Shown here: positions 17,693 through 26,056 of the stretch, in pieces | How the letters are laid out: each line of letters starts with the position of its first letter | Position numbering within the stretch: the first letter of the stretch is position 1 | Virus record (IMG/VR): IMGVR_UViG_3300034095_000847 | Length of the DNA: 64,000 nucleotides | Strand: one strand, 5' to 3' | Origin: a virus | The notes under the pieces: generated by a model | The model's database searches: none | What the model saw: only the letters and a program-made list of their open reading frames with translations | Told to the model about the DNA's origin: nothing | Program-made: the position numbers and the translations under genes

Positions 17693-17700
17693 TATAAATA
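17693..17700 (+). promoter_or_regulatory. T4-type late promoter
   Basis: TATAAATA 33 nt upstream of 17734. Confidence 0.75.
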
Positions 17701-17733
17701 TATAATTGTGGTAATATAAAAAGGAGTTATACA

Positions 17734-18579
17734 ATGACATTACCAGCTTCTGGTGCAATTTCATTATCTCAAGTAAATACTGAAATGAATGAAGGATTAA
17801 CAATTCAACGATCAATTAATGATATTTTTTTTACTACACTAACTGGTGGAACTAATTCTTGGGATGATTTACATGGTAAATCAAGAAGTCATGGAGCAAT
17901 TAATATTTCAAGTGGTATGGGTTCATGGACAGTACCTTTAGGTGTAATAAATGTATATGTTCATTGCCAAGGCGGACATGGAGGTAAAGGAGGAACTGAT
18001 GTATATGCTGGTCAAGTTGGTTGGGATGGCATGAGAGTATATGGTAATTTAGCAGTTTCATATGGCCAAGTATTTCATTTCTTTGTTGGTAATAATGGTA
18101 CAAATGGTACAAATGGTAGAAGTGGTACGCATGGAAAAGGTGGATCTTCTTCATCACCAACCGGTGTTAACTTTTCTGGTGGTAATGGTGGAGATGCAGG
18201 TACATATTATAAATCAAATTCTGGTGGAGGAGCTGGTGGTGGAGGAGCTTCAGGGGTTTATTTAGGAACTACACCAATCATTATTGCAGGCGGAGGCGGT
18301 GGTGGTGCAGGAGCAGGTCATGAAGGTGGTATAAAAGCTCAACAAGGAGGTATTATTACATCTACTATAGGTGGTACAGGATATGGAGGTACTAATGCTG
18401 ACTATGGTGGATGTGGTGGTGGCGGAGGCGGATTGAATGCCGGACAAGGTGGACAAGGTGCAGTACAAGATTATTTTGGTTGGCCGGGTACAAATGGTGG
18501 ATGTTTAGTTCCAGGAGGATTTACAAAAGATAATACTGGCCAAAATGATGCAAACCCTTATGTTTATTTAACTTGGTAG
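17734..18579 (+). CDS. glycine-rich virion protein, adhesin/tail-fibre-tip-like
   Basis: MTLPASGAISLSQVNTE N-terminus, many polyglycine runs, late promoter, AGGAG RBS. Confidence 0.6.
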   Translation: MTLPASGAISLSQVNTEMNEGLTIQRSINDIFFTTLTGGTNSWDDLHGKSRSHGAINISSGMGSWTVPLGVINVYVHCQGGHGGKGGTDVYAGQVGWDGMRVYGNLAVSYGQVFHFFVGNNGTNGTNGRSGTHGKGGSSSSPTGVNFSGGNGGDAGTYYKSNSGGGAGGGGASGVYLGTTPIIIAGGGGGGAGAGHEGGIKAQQGGIITSTIGGTGYGGTNADYGGCGGGGGGLNAGQGGQGAVQDYFGWPGTNGGCLVPGGFTKDNTGQNDANPYVYLTW

Positions 18580-18592
18580 GTGTAATAATGTC

Positions 18593-18724
18593 ATGAAAGC
18601 AATACCTCTAATTCTATTGGCAGCATTGTTATTCATATATATAAGCATGGAGATTTCAGCACAGTCTCCATGTTCTTCTTTTTCTTCAAATCCCTCCCTT
18701 TGTAACTCAGATAATCATCCTTAA
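18593..18724 (+). CDS. small signal-peptide-bearing protein (43 aa)
   Basis: Read manually: MKAIPLILLAALLFIY...C...C. Confidence 0.4.
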   Translation: MKAIPLILLAALLFIYISMEISAQSPCSSFSSNPSLCNSDNHP

Positions 18725-18775
18725 TAAATTGTTTACATTTCCTGAAAGTATGATATAATAGTATCATAAATAATT
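18724..18775 (+). promoter_or_regulatory. early promoter, copy 8 (diverged leader)
   Basis: GTTTAC 18731-18736, TGaTATAAT (-10 at 18754-18759). Confidence 0.85.
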
Positions 18776-18798
18776 TATCATGTTTATAGGAAAATGCA

Positions 18799-19068
18799 AT
18801 GAGTTATACAAGATGGTCTACCTCTAATTGGTATAGTTTTTATAATAGTTCTTCAGAAGATTCTACAAAGGATGATCAAGCATTATCTTTATGGCATGTT
18901 TCTGATAAAAGGGATTATACTTATGCTGAACTACAAAGTATGGGTGTAGGAAAACTACAGTCATTATATCCAGATGCCACTGATGAAGATATAGCAGAAG
19001 CTATGGACATTATAGCAAGATTTAAAAAAGATGTTTGTGACGATTTTGATGGAGATGATTTAAAATGA
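18799..19068 (+). CDS. hypothetical protein (MSY.RWS.S.WY)
   Basis: First ORF after promoter. Confidence 0.65.
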   Translation: MSYTRWSTSNWYSFYNSSSEDSTKDDQALSLWHVSDKRDYTYAELQSMGVGKLQSLYPDATDEDIAEAMDIIARFKKDVCDDFDGDDLK

Positions 19069-19273
19069 AAGTAGCATTTTGAATGGTGGATTTTGTTCAG
19101 ATCTTGACCAGTTTATAGGAGATAGACCTAATATAAAAACTTGGATCCATGGTCATCTTCATAATAAATGTAATTATATGATAGGAAAATGCAATATCCT
19201 ATGTAATCCAAGAGGGTACATAGGATATGAAGAATGTGCTAATAATTTTAAATTAGAATATTTTGAAGTATAG
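19065..19273 (+). pseudogene. internally deleted metallophosphoesterase, paralogue of 4802..5590
   Basis: ATGAAAGTAGCATT (MKVAF, compare MKIAY) joined out of frame to NGGF.SDLD.FI..RP.IK.WIHGH.H...CNPRGY. Confidence 0.7.
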
Positions 19274-19275
19274 TA

Positions 19276-19590
19276 TTAAATATTACGTATTAATTTTTCA
19301 GTATTCTTAGTTGCGACAGTTAATAAAATTTGTTGATTTAATTCTGCGGTTTGAACCATTTCATTTCTAAAAGACTCAACAGCTGCACTGGTGCTTCTTT
19401 GTTGCATAGAGTTTTCTATTGTTAGCATTGGTAACCATGTGATAGCACAACCATGTTCATCTAAACTCTCTCCAGTATTTGGATTAACTCCAACTAACTT
19501 GGTGTACCAAGCACAACGGTGTATAGCTCCGTCTTTTATTTCCTCACATTTTGAACCTAATGGACAGGTTAATACAGTTTTAATTTCCAT
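19276..19590 (-). CDS. Cys-rich protein typically adjacent to tail-fibre genes
   Basis: CPL...C..W...G.NPNTGE..DE.GCA..WLP.L.IENS.QQRST.AAVESFRNEMV. Confidence 0.7.
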   Translation of the reverse strand: MEIKTVLTCPLGSKCEEIKDGAIHRCAWYTKLVGVNPNTGESLDEHGCAITWLPMLTIENSMQQRSTSAAVESFRNEMVQTAELNQQILLTVATKNTEKLIRNI

Positions 19591-19592
19591 AA

Positions 19593-20087
19593 TTAATCAC
19601 AAAATATTTGTAAACTTTCCCTTACTGGGGCTAATAATGTAGGCATAACTGTTGCATGAAATATTGGTGGTGCAAAAGAAACTGCCTTATTATATTCTGG
19701 ATATATTGCTTTATAAGTTTCATCATTATCTTGGTATATTAATGCTCCGCCCCAATCTCTATCCCAATACTCATTAACATATAATGTTATTGCGTATTTA
19801 TGTCCTTGATCAGCATGCCATTGTATATAACTTAATCTTGAGCCTAATGTGAAGGCTATTGAAAATTTATAATCTTTTATTTCAGGAAAATGTTTTATTA
19901 ATTCATATTTTGTTTCTTCTAACAAATCATTTTTTAAATAATATAAAAGTATAACCCCACTTGTTCCTATTAAATGTGGATCCCAATCAGTTAAATTAGT
20001 TTTAAGATTATCACAAATACGAGGATAATTTTTAATTTTTTGTATTAAACTATCAGATAATACATCACGTGTTATTTTAACATTCAT
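19593..20087 (-). CDS. 2OG-Fe(II) oxygenase (prolyl-hydroxylase-like)
   Basis: WHAD (HxD), W..DWGG.L, P.YN.AV, H.T, R.SLQ.F. Confidence 0.8.
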   Translation of the reverse strand: MNVKITRDVLSDSLIQKIKNYPRICDNLKTNLTDWDPHLIGTSGVILLYYLKNDLLEETKYELIKHFPEIKDYKFSIAFTLGSRLSYIQWHADQGHKYAITLYVNEYWDRDWGGALIYQDNDETYKAIYPEYNKAVSFAPPIFHATVMPTLLAPVRESLQIFCD

Positions 20088-20105
20088 ATAGATTTATAAT
20101 AATAT

Positions 20106-20384
20106 TTATTCAATAATAGGTAGTTCTTCAATAATAGGTAGTTCTTCAATAATAGGTAGTTCTTCAACTACTGGTACATAAGAACTGATAATTTCTTTAT
20201 CAACTAAACTCCAACTTTCACCATCCCAAATAGCATCTTTATCTATAGGAATATCTGGAGGAGGAATTAATGTTGTTCTTGGCGGCATATGAATTTCTTC
20301 TTTATCAAGATTATTTGGAAATTCATATTCTCCTCCATATCTCATGTTAGTTTTCCACTGATAACCTTTAATCATAATTTCCAT
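20106..20384 (-). CDS. tail fibre assembly (Tfa-like) protein
   Basis: MP..TTL.PPP...WDGESW; directly downstream of the fibre gene. Confidence 0.55.
   Translation of the reverse strand: MEIMIKGYQWKTNMRYGGEYEFPNNLDKEEIHMPPRTTLIPPPDIPIDKDAIWDGESWSLVDKEIISSYVPVVEELPIIEELPIIEELPIIE
20110..20168. repeat. 18-bp tandem repeat x3 (EELPII)
   Basis: TCAATAATAGGTAGTTCT repeated. Confidence 0.9.
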
Positions 20385-20401
20385 AAGCTTTTCCTTAGTT
20401 T

Positions 20402-22054
20402 TTAATTTTTAGAACAAATAATCATATTTATATATCTTGGTGTCCAGTTAGTTCCGCTTGAACCATTGTCTGTTGTACCAGAATGTGTATGGTTTGCTGA
20501 GGCACCACCTATAGATGCATATCCTGTCGCTGTTACACCTGCTGTAGATGTGCCATACCAAATAGGAGTAGCATTTGGTCCACCTTGTGTTAATGAACTA
20601 TATCTAGTATATCCATGTGTATGACCAGCATCATTATGAATATGGTCAGCAGAAACATTACCAGTAGAAAATCCATGCGTATGATTTGGTACCACGTTAT
20701 TTAATATTGGAGAATGACTACCTGCAACTCCGCCTCCAGCAGTATTAACAACCCTTAACATACGATCATTAGCATTCTCAGTAACGTCTTGTGTCCACCC
20801 TGTAGGAGCTGCGGCCTGCGCAAATGGAACTCTTGTACCTGCGGGCATATATGCCCATGCTCCGGTAAAAGTTGTTGCTGAAACATTACTATTAAATGAT
20901 ACATTCCCAGCCGTAACAGAAAGTGTTCCTTGACCTGATACACCAGAAGGGCCGCAATCAAATCGAACGTCAAAATCATTTACTGTACCAGCAGTACCAT
21001 GAAAATCTATATATCGACCTATTTCAGCTATAGCCCCATATGAAAGACCATCTACTTTACCTGCATACGCAGCAGTCATATATCCATTTGCTGCAGATGT
21101 TGCGGCAGGAATACCTATAGAAACTGCGCCAGAACCATTATATGAAGTACCAGTTAAAGGTGAACTAATAGTTAATGTATTAAGGTTAGATCCTAAAGAT
21201 ATACCTGAAATTGTACTAGATACTAATTTTGCATTTGCTATCGAACCAGCAAGCATGGTATTAGTGACAGTACCAGAATCTCCGGTAGTTACAATTGTTC
21301 CAGTGACTGCCGGTATTGTTAATATAGTTCCGGTTCCTACTGCTGCAGTAGGAATTAATTGAACCGATCCTGAAGTAGAACCAGGTAATGTAACTGAACT
21401 AATTCCTGTCAATGCAAGATTAGCACTTGCTCTATTTAAAGCAACAGAAGTAGTTCCAATATAATGAACATCTGCCCTAAGTGCAACAGTAGAATCTATT
21501 GCAATAGTAACTGCACTAGATCCATTATAGGATGTACCAGAAAGTCCTGTGCCTATTGTTAAGGCATTTAAATTTGAACCAAGAGATACACCTGAAATTG
21601 TACTATTTACTAATTTTGCATTTGCAATAGAACCTGCAAGCATTGTATTTGTAACAGTACCAGTATCTGATATATTAACAGCATTACTATAACTAATACT
21701 TTTCATATCAGTGCCGTCAAAATAAAAGGTTGCTCTAGTAGCATTTAAAACAGTGATACCTGCACCAGTAGTATATTTGACTGTAATACTAAATCCACCA
21801 GTTGTGCCATTATGAACAGTCCAAGATTTTACAAGTATACTTGGTATTGTTATAGTCACATTTGAAGTTAAAGTACCAGAAATTGCAAAAAAGTAATTAT
21901 CTGCTTCTGCATCAGTTAATGTTATACTTGTTGATATTGATTTACTTAAATAACCTTTTGAATAGTTATTCAAAAGAGAAATATTGGTGTCCATTTCCGT
22001 ATTGGTCAACGGACTACCTTTAGTATTGCGTAATGTTATGGTTGTTGCTGCCAT
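20402..22054 (-). CDS. tail fibre protein
   Basis: Gly/Ser/Thr-rich; EIGRYIDFH, AAPTGWT and HTH repeats in the tip; segments shared with 61121..62713. Confidence 0.8.
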   Translation of the reverse strand: MAATTITLRNTKGSPLTNTEMDTNISLLNNYSKGYLSKSISTSITLTDAEADNYFFAISGTLTSNVTITIPSILVKSWTVHNGTTGGFSITVKYTTGAGITVLNATRATFYFDGTDMKSISYSNAVNISDTGTVTNTMLAGSIANAKLVNSTISGVSLGSNLNALTIGTGLSGTSYNGSSAVTIAIDSTVALRADVHYIGTTSVALNRASANLALTGISSVTLPGSTSGSVQLIPTAAVGTGTILTIPAVTGTIVTTGDSGTVTNTMLAGSIANAKLVSSTISGISLGSNLNTLTISSPLTGTSYNGSGAVSIGIPAATSAANGYMTAAYAGKVDGLSYGAIAEIGRYIDFHGTAGTVNDFDVRFDCGPSGVSGQGTLSVTAGNVSFNSNVSATTFTGAWAYMPAGTRVPFAQAAAPTGWTQDVTENANDRMLRVVNTAGGGVAGSHSPILNNVVPNHTHGFSTGNVSADHIHNDAGHTHGYTRYSSLTQGGPNATPIWYGTSTAGVTATGYASIGGASANHTHSGTTDNGSSGTNWTPRYINMIICSKN

Positions 22055-22095
22055 GTTTTTATTCTCGGTTATTGACTAATTCGAACTAGTTTATG

Positions 22096-22103
22096 TATTT
22101 ATA
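22096..22103 (-). promoter_or_regulatory. T4-type late promoter for the fibre cassette
   Basis: TATAAATA on the minus strand. Confidence 0.8.
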
Positions 22104-22109
22104 AAAAAT

Positions 22110-22150
22110 AAATATGTACATTTTTAAAATATGTTATATAATAGATTATG
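22110..22150 (+). promoter_or_regulatory. early promoter, copy 9 (variant)
   Basis: TGTACA 22115-22120, TATAAT 22137-22142 followed by AGA. Confidence 0.65.
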
Positions 22151-22176
22151 AATTCTAAATATTATACAGGAAACTT

Positions 22177-22440
22177 ATGAATGAAACTATCAAAGAACTT
22201 GCAAGCAGAGTAGGTATAGTTCCTTTAAATGATGTTACTTCTTTTGGTATGACAGAAGAAAATAACTCTTATTATTGTAAAGGGTATATGCTTGAAGATT
22301 TGATTAATCTAATAGTGCATGAACATCTTATTATCTGGCACCAAATGGATAATGGTAATAAAGTATCTGGATTTGTTGAGATGGAAGATTATCCAAAAGC
22401 AGTGATAAAACAATTTAATTATGAGAGGAAAAAGAAGTGA
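22177..22440 (+). CDS. hypothetical protein (distant EKFAELIV family member)
   Basis: MNETIKELA...LEDLINLIV.E. Confidence 0.6.
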   Translation: MNETIKELASRVGIVPLNDVTSFGMTEENNSYYCKGYMLEDLINLIVHEHLIIWHQMDNGNKVSGFVEMEDYPKAVIKQFNYERKKK

Positions 22441-22985
22441 ACATATTTTATCTTGATAATAATACGAAAGAATGTGCTGAGTATCATGTTGATAGGCACT
22501 GTGTAAAGATGATACTGGAGTATTCCCAGTTATTATCTACAGCCCATCGTGTTATCGATGGTGTAGAATATGTCGATGATTCCTCAGGTAGAAAAATCAA
22601 AAGATGGAAATTGAGTGGTTGGTATGAAAATATTTTATATAAAGCCACTCATATCAACCATCCTAGTGCAATCTGGGTTAGGCATTCTTATGATAATTAT
22701 GCATGGTTAAGAAGTCTTTTATATCAATTGTGTAAAGAATACACCTATAGATATGGTAAAATTCATAAGGTTGAAGCATCTGGATTGATGGAAGCATTAT
22801 GTTATGCTCCGTTGAATATCAAAATAGGTAAATTTACCGAACCAACTCCAGCAATGCCAGAAGAATATATCGTTGAAGGTGATTCGGTTCAATCTTATAA
22901 GAATTACTATAATGGTTCTAAGAAACATCTACATAACTGGAAACTTAGACCAATCCCATATTTTATAGAGGTATCAAAATGTTAA
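22437..22985 (+). CDS. pyrimidine-dimer DNA glycosylase / DenV-like family protein
   Basis: MNIFYLD...H.D.H.VKMILEY.QLLSTAHR, YKATH.NHPS..W, EYTYRYGK.H, P.PAMP. Confidence 0.75.
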   Translation: MNIFYLDNNTKECAEYHVDRHCVKMILEYSQLLSTAHRVIDGVEYVDDSSGRKIKRWKLSGWYENILYKATHINHPSAIWVRHSYDNYAWLRSLLYQLCKEYTYRYGKIHKVEASGLMEALCYAPLNIKIGKFTEPTPAMPEEYIVEGDSVQSYKNYYNGSKKHLHNWKLRPIPYFIEVSKC

Positions 22986-23230
22986 TTTATGTAGTTACAG
23001 CCTATCGTTTTGGTGATAGAGAAAGCCATAGTTATGTAGTCGGTGCATTTGACGATGAAGAGACTGCAATCAAACAAGCCAAACTTGAAAGAGATTGGCG
23101 AGGTGGTAAATATGAATGCGAAGTTCGCTCAATGGAACTAAATGAATCATTGAAATACAAGAACTATAATGTTGTATTGGCATTACCTAAACTTTTTCCT
23201 TGTTATACCTTATTGGATGATGAAAAATGA
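22979..23230 (+). CDS. hypothetical protein (YVVTAYR.G.RE.HSYVVG)
   Basis: GAGG RBS. Confidence 0.65.
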   Translation: MLIYVVTAYRFGDRESHSYVVGAFDDEETAIKQAKLERDWRGGKYECEVRSMELNESLKYKNYNVVLALPKLFPCYTLLDDEK

Positions 23231-23391
23231 ATATAAAACGATACCACGAATTGGCAGAAATTCAAAAACACGATTTGTTGACTCCCGAGGAACAAGCCGA
23301 GTATATTGCTATTTCTACTAAAATTCTATATGCAATGATGAAAACTGATGAAGATGTAACGGATATATTAATGAGATTGAGGAATAGATAA
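23227..23391 (+). CDS. hypothetical protein (54 aa)
   Basis: Read manually; ATGA overlap. Confidence 0.5.
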   Translation: MNIKRYHELAEIQKHDLLTPEEQAEYIAISTKILYAMMKTDEDVTDILMRLRNR

Positions 23392-23470
23392 GCTTTACTG
23401 AACTGACTCCGGCAAAGCTTAATATATAAACTACTACACTGATATACATTATTTTGTAAAAGGAGAATAA

Positions 23471-23722
23471 ATGCCATTATATGATTTTAAAAATAAAGAA
23501 ACAGGTGAAATAGTTGAGATGTCTATGTCTTATGGTTCTAAGCAACAATACTTAATAGATAATCCGCATATAGAATCTATCATTTTAATTTCACCATCAT
23601 TGGGAGATCCGACTAAACTTACCGCAACTAGAAAATTCGATACTGGGTTTAAAGATGTCTTACAAAAAATACATAATAAAACTCCCGGTAGTCAACTCGA
23701 TAAAACCTCTTCCCAACTTTAA
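23471..23722 (+). CDS. FmdB-like (MPxYxF) small protein
   Basis: MPLYDFKN..TGE...GFKDVL.KI...PGS; AGGAG RBS; lies just upstream of phoH. Confidence 0.65.
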   Translation: MPLYDFKNKETGEIVEMSMSYGSKQQYLIDNPHIESIILISPSLGDPTKLTATRKFDTGFKDVLQKIHNKTPGSQLDKTSSQL

Positions 23723-23731
23723 AGGAACTTT

Positions 23732-24505
23732 ATGGCGCGTAGACCAAAGATAGTAGATACTCATTTTGAAGATATTTCGAAATACCAACAACCTACTAAC
23801 GATAAAGTTATACAAGGAGTACAGTCAAATAGATTAAAAATGCGTATTGAAGATCTAAAGACCTTCAAACCTCTTACTAAAAATCAAGAATTATTCTTTG
23901 ATTCTTATAAAGTAGGTGAATATTTTATGATGTTATCCGGCTCAGCCGGTACGGGTAAATCATTTATTGCATTATATAAAGCACTTGAAGAATGCATGGA
24001 CAAAAGTAACTCTTTTAATAGAGTATTAATTGTTCGTTCGGCAGTACAAACTAGAGATGTAGGATTCTTAAAAGGTAGTTTGGATGAAAAGACATCTATC
24101 TATGAAGATCCTTATATTCAAATCAGTTCAACTTTATTCGGAAGAGCCGATGCATATCAAAGATTAAAAGAACAAGGTTATATTGAATTCACTACCACAA
24201 CCGCTATCCGTGGCATGAGTTTTGATAATTCTATTGTTATATTAGATGAGATGCAAAATTGTACTTTTCAAGAGTTAGATACTATTTTGACTAGAATTGG
24301 ACATCAATCAAAGATAATCTTTGTCGGTGATTTAAGTCAAAATGATTTATTGAAGAAATCTTCAGAAGTGACAGGTTTGCCTCAATTCTTAAAAATCGCT
24401 GAGACTATGGATGAATTTTGTCGTATTCATTTTACTTCCGCTGATATTGTTAGATCATCTTTGGTAAAATCATATATTATAGCAAAGGAAAATTTAGGTT
24501 ACTAA
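23732..24505 (+). CDS. phoH: PhoH-like ATPase
   Basis: P.T.NQ, GSAGTGKS Walker A, VRSAV...GFL.G, RG.SFDN...LDE.QN, TRIG..SK....GD..Q.D, DIVRS. Confidence 0.9.
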   Translation: MARRPKIVDTHFEDISKYQQPTNDKVIQGVQSNRLKMRIEDLKTFKPLTKNQELFFDSYKVGEYFMMLSGSAGTGKSFIALYKALEECMDKSNSFNRVLIVRSAVQTRDVGFLKGSLDEKTSIYEDPYIQISSTLFGRADAYQRLKEQGYIEFTTTTAIRGMSFDNSIVILDEMQNCTFQELDTILTRIGHQSKIIFVGDLSQNDLLKKSSEVTGLPQFLKIAETMDEFCRIHFTSADIVRSSLVKSYIIAKENLGY

Positions 24506-24577
24506 AATAAACGTTTACTTTCTCAGAAAATGTGATATAATAGACTCATAAATTAAATAAATGAGGAATTATAGATT
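24505..24577 (+). promoter_or_regulatory. early promoter/leader cassette, copy 10
   Basis: GTTTAC 24513-24518, TATAAT 24536-24541. Confidence 0.9.
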
Positions 24578-24739
24578 ATGAAAGAATGGGATATTTTTAA
24601 AGTTGTAAGCGAAAACCAATACAAATTTGTTAAAAGTCATACAGGTTATGATTGGTCTTTGGAAATTGAAATGGAAGAATTGGGTGAAGGATTCAAAGCA
24701 TTCATAACCGATACACCATTTATGAACTATACAGTCTAA
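24578..24739 (+). CDS. hypothetical protein
   Basis: Read manually (MKEWDIFKV...); first ORF after promoter cassette. Confidence 0.55.
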   Translation: MKEWDIFKVVSENQYKFVKSHTGYDWSLEIEMEELGEGFKAFITDTPFMNYTV

Positions 24740-24744
24740 TTGAT

Positions 24745-25395
24745 ATGCGGACGTTCCATGAATACAATTTTCCAAAACTAGTTCAAAAGAATACTGATGG
24801 ATCTAGAGTTTATTTAACTCCAACTGGAGAAAAGTATCCATCAGTAACTTCTGTCACGGGTTTAGGAGGTGCTAAACATATAATGGAATGGCGTGACAGA
24901 GTAGGTCATGCAGAAGCAGATGCTATATCTAGAAGAGCTGCGAATAGAGGTACTCGTATCCATAAACTTTGCGAAAACTATCTACTCGGTAAAGAAATAG
25001 AAGTTGATATGTTTGATAAAGAAGTATTCAACTCAATGTTGCCTCATATAGATAAAGTTGGGGATATACATTGTATTGAAAAAAGAATTTATTCTCATAT
25101 ATTAAAAGTAGGAGGTACTGTTGATTTAATTGCAGAATTTGATGGAGAAATATCAGTACTTGATTGGAAGACTTCAAGAAGAGTAAAGGATTTTGATGAA
25201 TTTGAAGGTTACTTTATGCAAGCAGCAGCATATTCTCAATGCTTTCTAGAGTTGACTGGAATTAATATAGATAAGTTAGTAGTTGTTATAGGTATTGATG
25301 ATAATCCATCAATGGTCTATATAGAAGATAAAGCAATTTGGTTAAAGAAGTTTAAGCATCAAAGATACAAATATTATGCAATTAAAAAGATATAA
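24745..25395 (+). CDS. PD-(D/E)xK exonuclease (Cas4-like fold)
   Basis: YPSVT, RGT.IH, E..IYS....GTVDLIA, DWKTS, Q.AAY. Confidence 0.8.
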   Translation: MRTFHEYNFPKLVQKNTDGSRVYLTPTGEKYPSVTSVTGLGGAKHIMEWRDRVGHAEADAISRRAANRGTRIHKLCENYLLGKEIEVDMFDKEVFNSMLPHIDKVGDIHCIEKRIYSHILKVGGTVDLIAEFDGEISVLDWKTSRRVKDFDEFEGYFMQAAAYSQCFLELTGINIDKLVVVIGIDDNPSMVYIEDKAIWLKKFKHQRYKYYAIKKI

Positions 25396-25398
25396 ATA
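25391..25398 (+). promoter_or_regulatory. T4-type late promoter
   Basis: TATAAATA upstream of the cell-wall hydrolase. Confidence 0.7.
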
Positions 25399-25544
25399 GT
25401 AATATATTTAAAATAGGATAAGCTTATAAGATAAACTGAAGTACAACTCCCAAATACGTTCAAATAGGCAATGAGTCCACCGAAGAACTAGGGAAGCAAT
25501 GTTAGGCATCTTCTAACACTGTCACTAAAAAATAGGAGAACCGC

Positions 25545-25985
25545 ATGCGAGCAATCACAATGCTCTTATGTCTGTATAGTATGTCTGCATCAATATATGC
25601 TCAGACTACTTTACATAAAAAGATCAATGTTTCAAACAAAGATATACAATGTGTCGCAGAAACAATTTATTCTGAGGCAAGAGGTGAACCCCTGACTGGG
25701 CAACTTGCGGTAGGCGCAACGATTGTTACTAGGTCTACACAGATATTCCACCAGCCAGCGTGTAAAATAGTGAAGCAACAGTATACTCAGAAACGTATAC
25801 CTGCTAAGGATAAAGAAGAGTTTATTAAGTTAGCAACTAATATACTCCGAGGTAATGCTAGAAATCCAATTGGAAATCTAGACTCTTTTGACTCTTTCAA
25901 ATATAGGTACTCTAAAAGACCTAAGAAAAGTGTTAAAATTGGTAAACATTATTTCTATAAGATTATGAAGATTGAAAAGGTATAA
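25545..25985 (+). CDS. SleB-like cell wall hydrolase (Hydrolase_2) with signal peptide
   Basis: C.AE.IYSEARGE...GQ.AV, C.IV.Q, KIG.H.FY. Confidence 0.8.
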   Translation: MRAITMLLCLYSMSASIYAQTTLHKKINVSNKDIQCVAETIYSEARGEPLTGQLAVGATIVTRSTQIFHQPACKIVKQQYTQKRIPAKDKEEFIKLATNILRGNARNPIGNLDSFDSFKYRYSKRPKKSVKIGKHYFYKIMKIEKV

Positions 25986-26056
25986 AATAAACGTTTACAT
26001 TTTCTAAAAATATGATATAATAGACTCATAAATTAAATAACTGAGGATATTATATC
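25985..26056 (+). promoter_or_regulatory. early promoter/leader cassette, copy 11
   Basis: GTTTAC 25993-25998, TATAAT 26016-26021. Confidence 0.9.

Noticed and set aside
24745-25395. Cas4-like nuclease as part of a CRISPR system
   Set aside because: Stand-alone PD-(D/E)xK exonuclease lacking the four-Cys cluster, with no array or other cas genes nearby
25440-25490. Intact tmRNA/tRNA or hammerhead ribozyme
   Set aside because: The T-stem does not pair, there is no CCA end or tag frame, and the hammerhead core is incomplete; kept only as a low-confidence leader finding
2176-26056. Dispersed ~70-bp repeats as a CRISPR array or attC/integron sites
   Set aside because: Spacing is irregular (0.4-6 kb), each copy contains -35/-10/SD elements, and no cas or integrase gene is present; better explained as promoters
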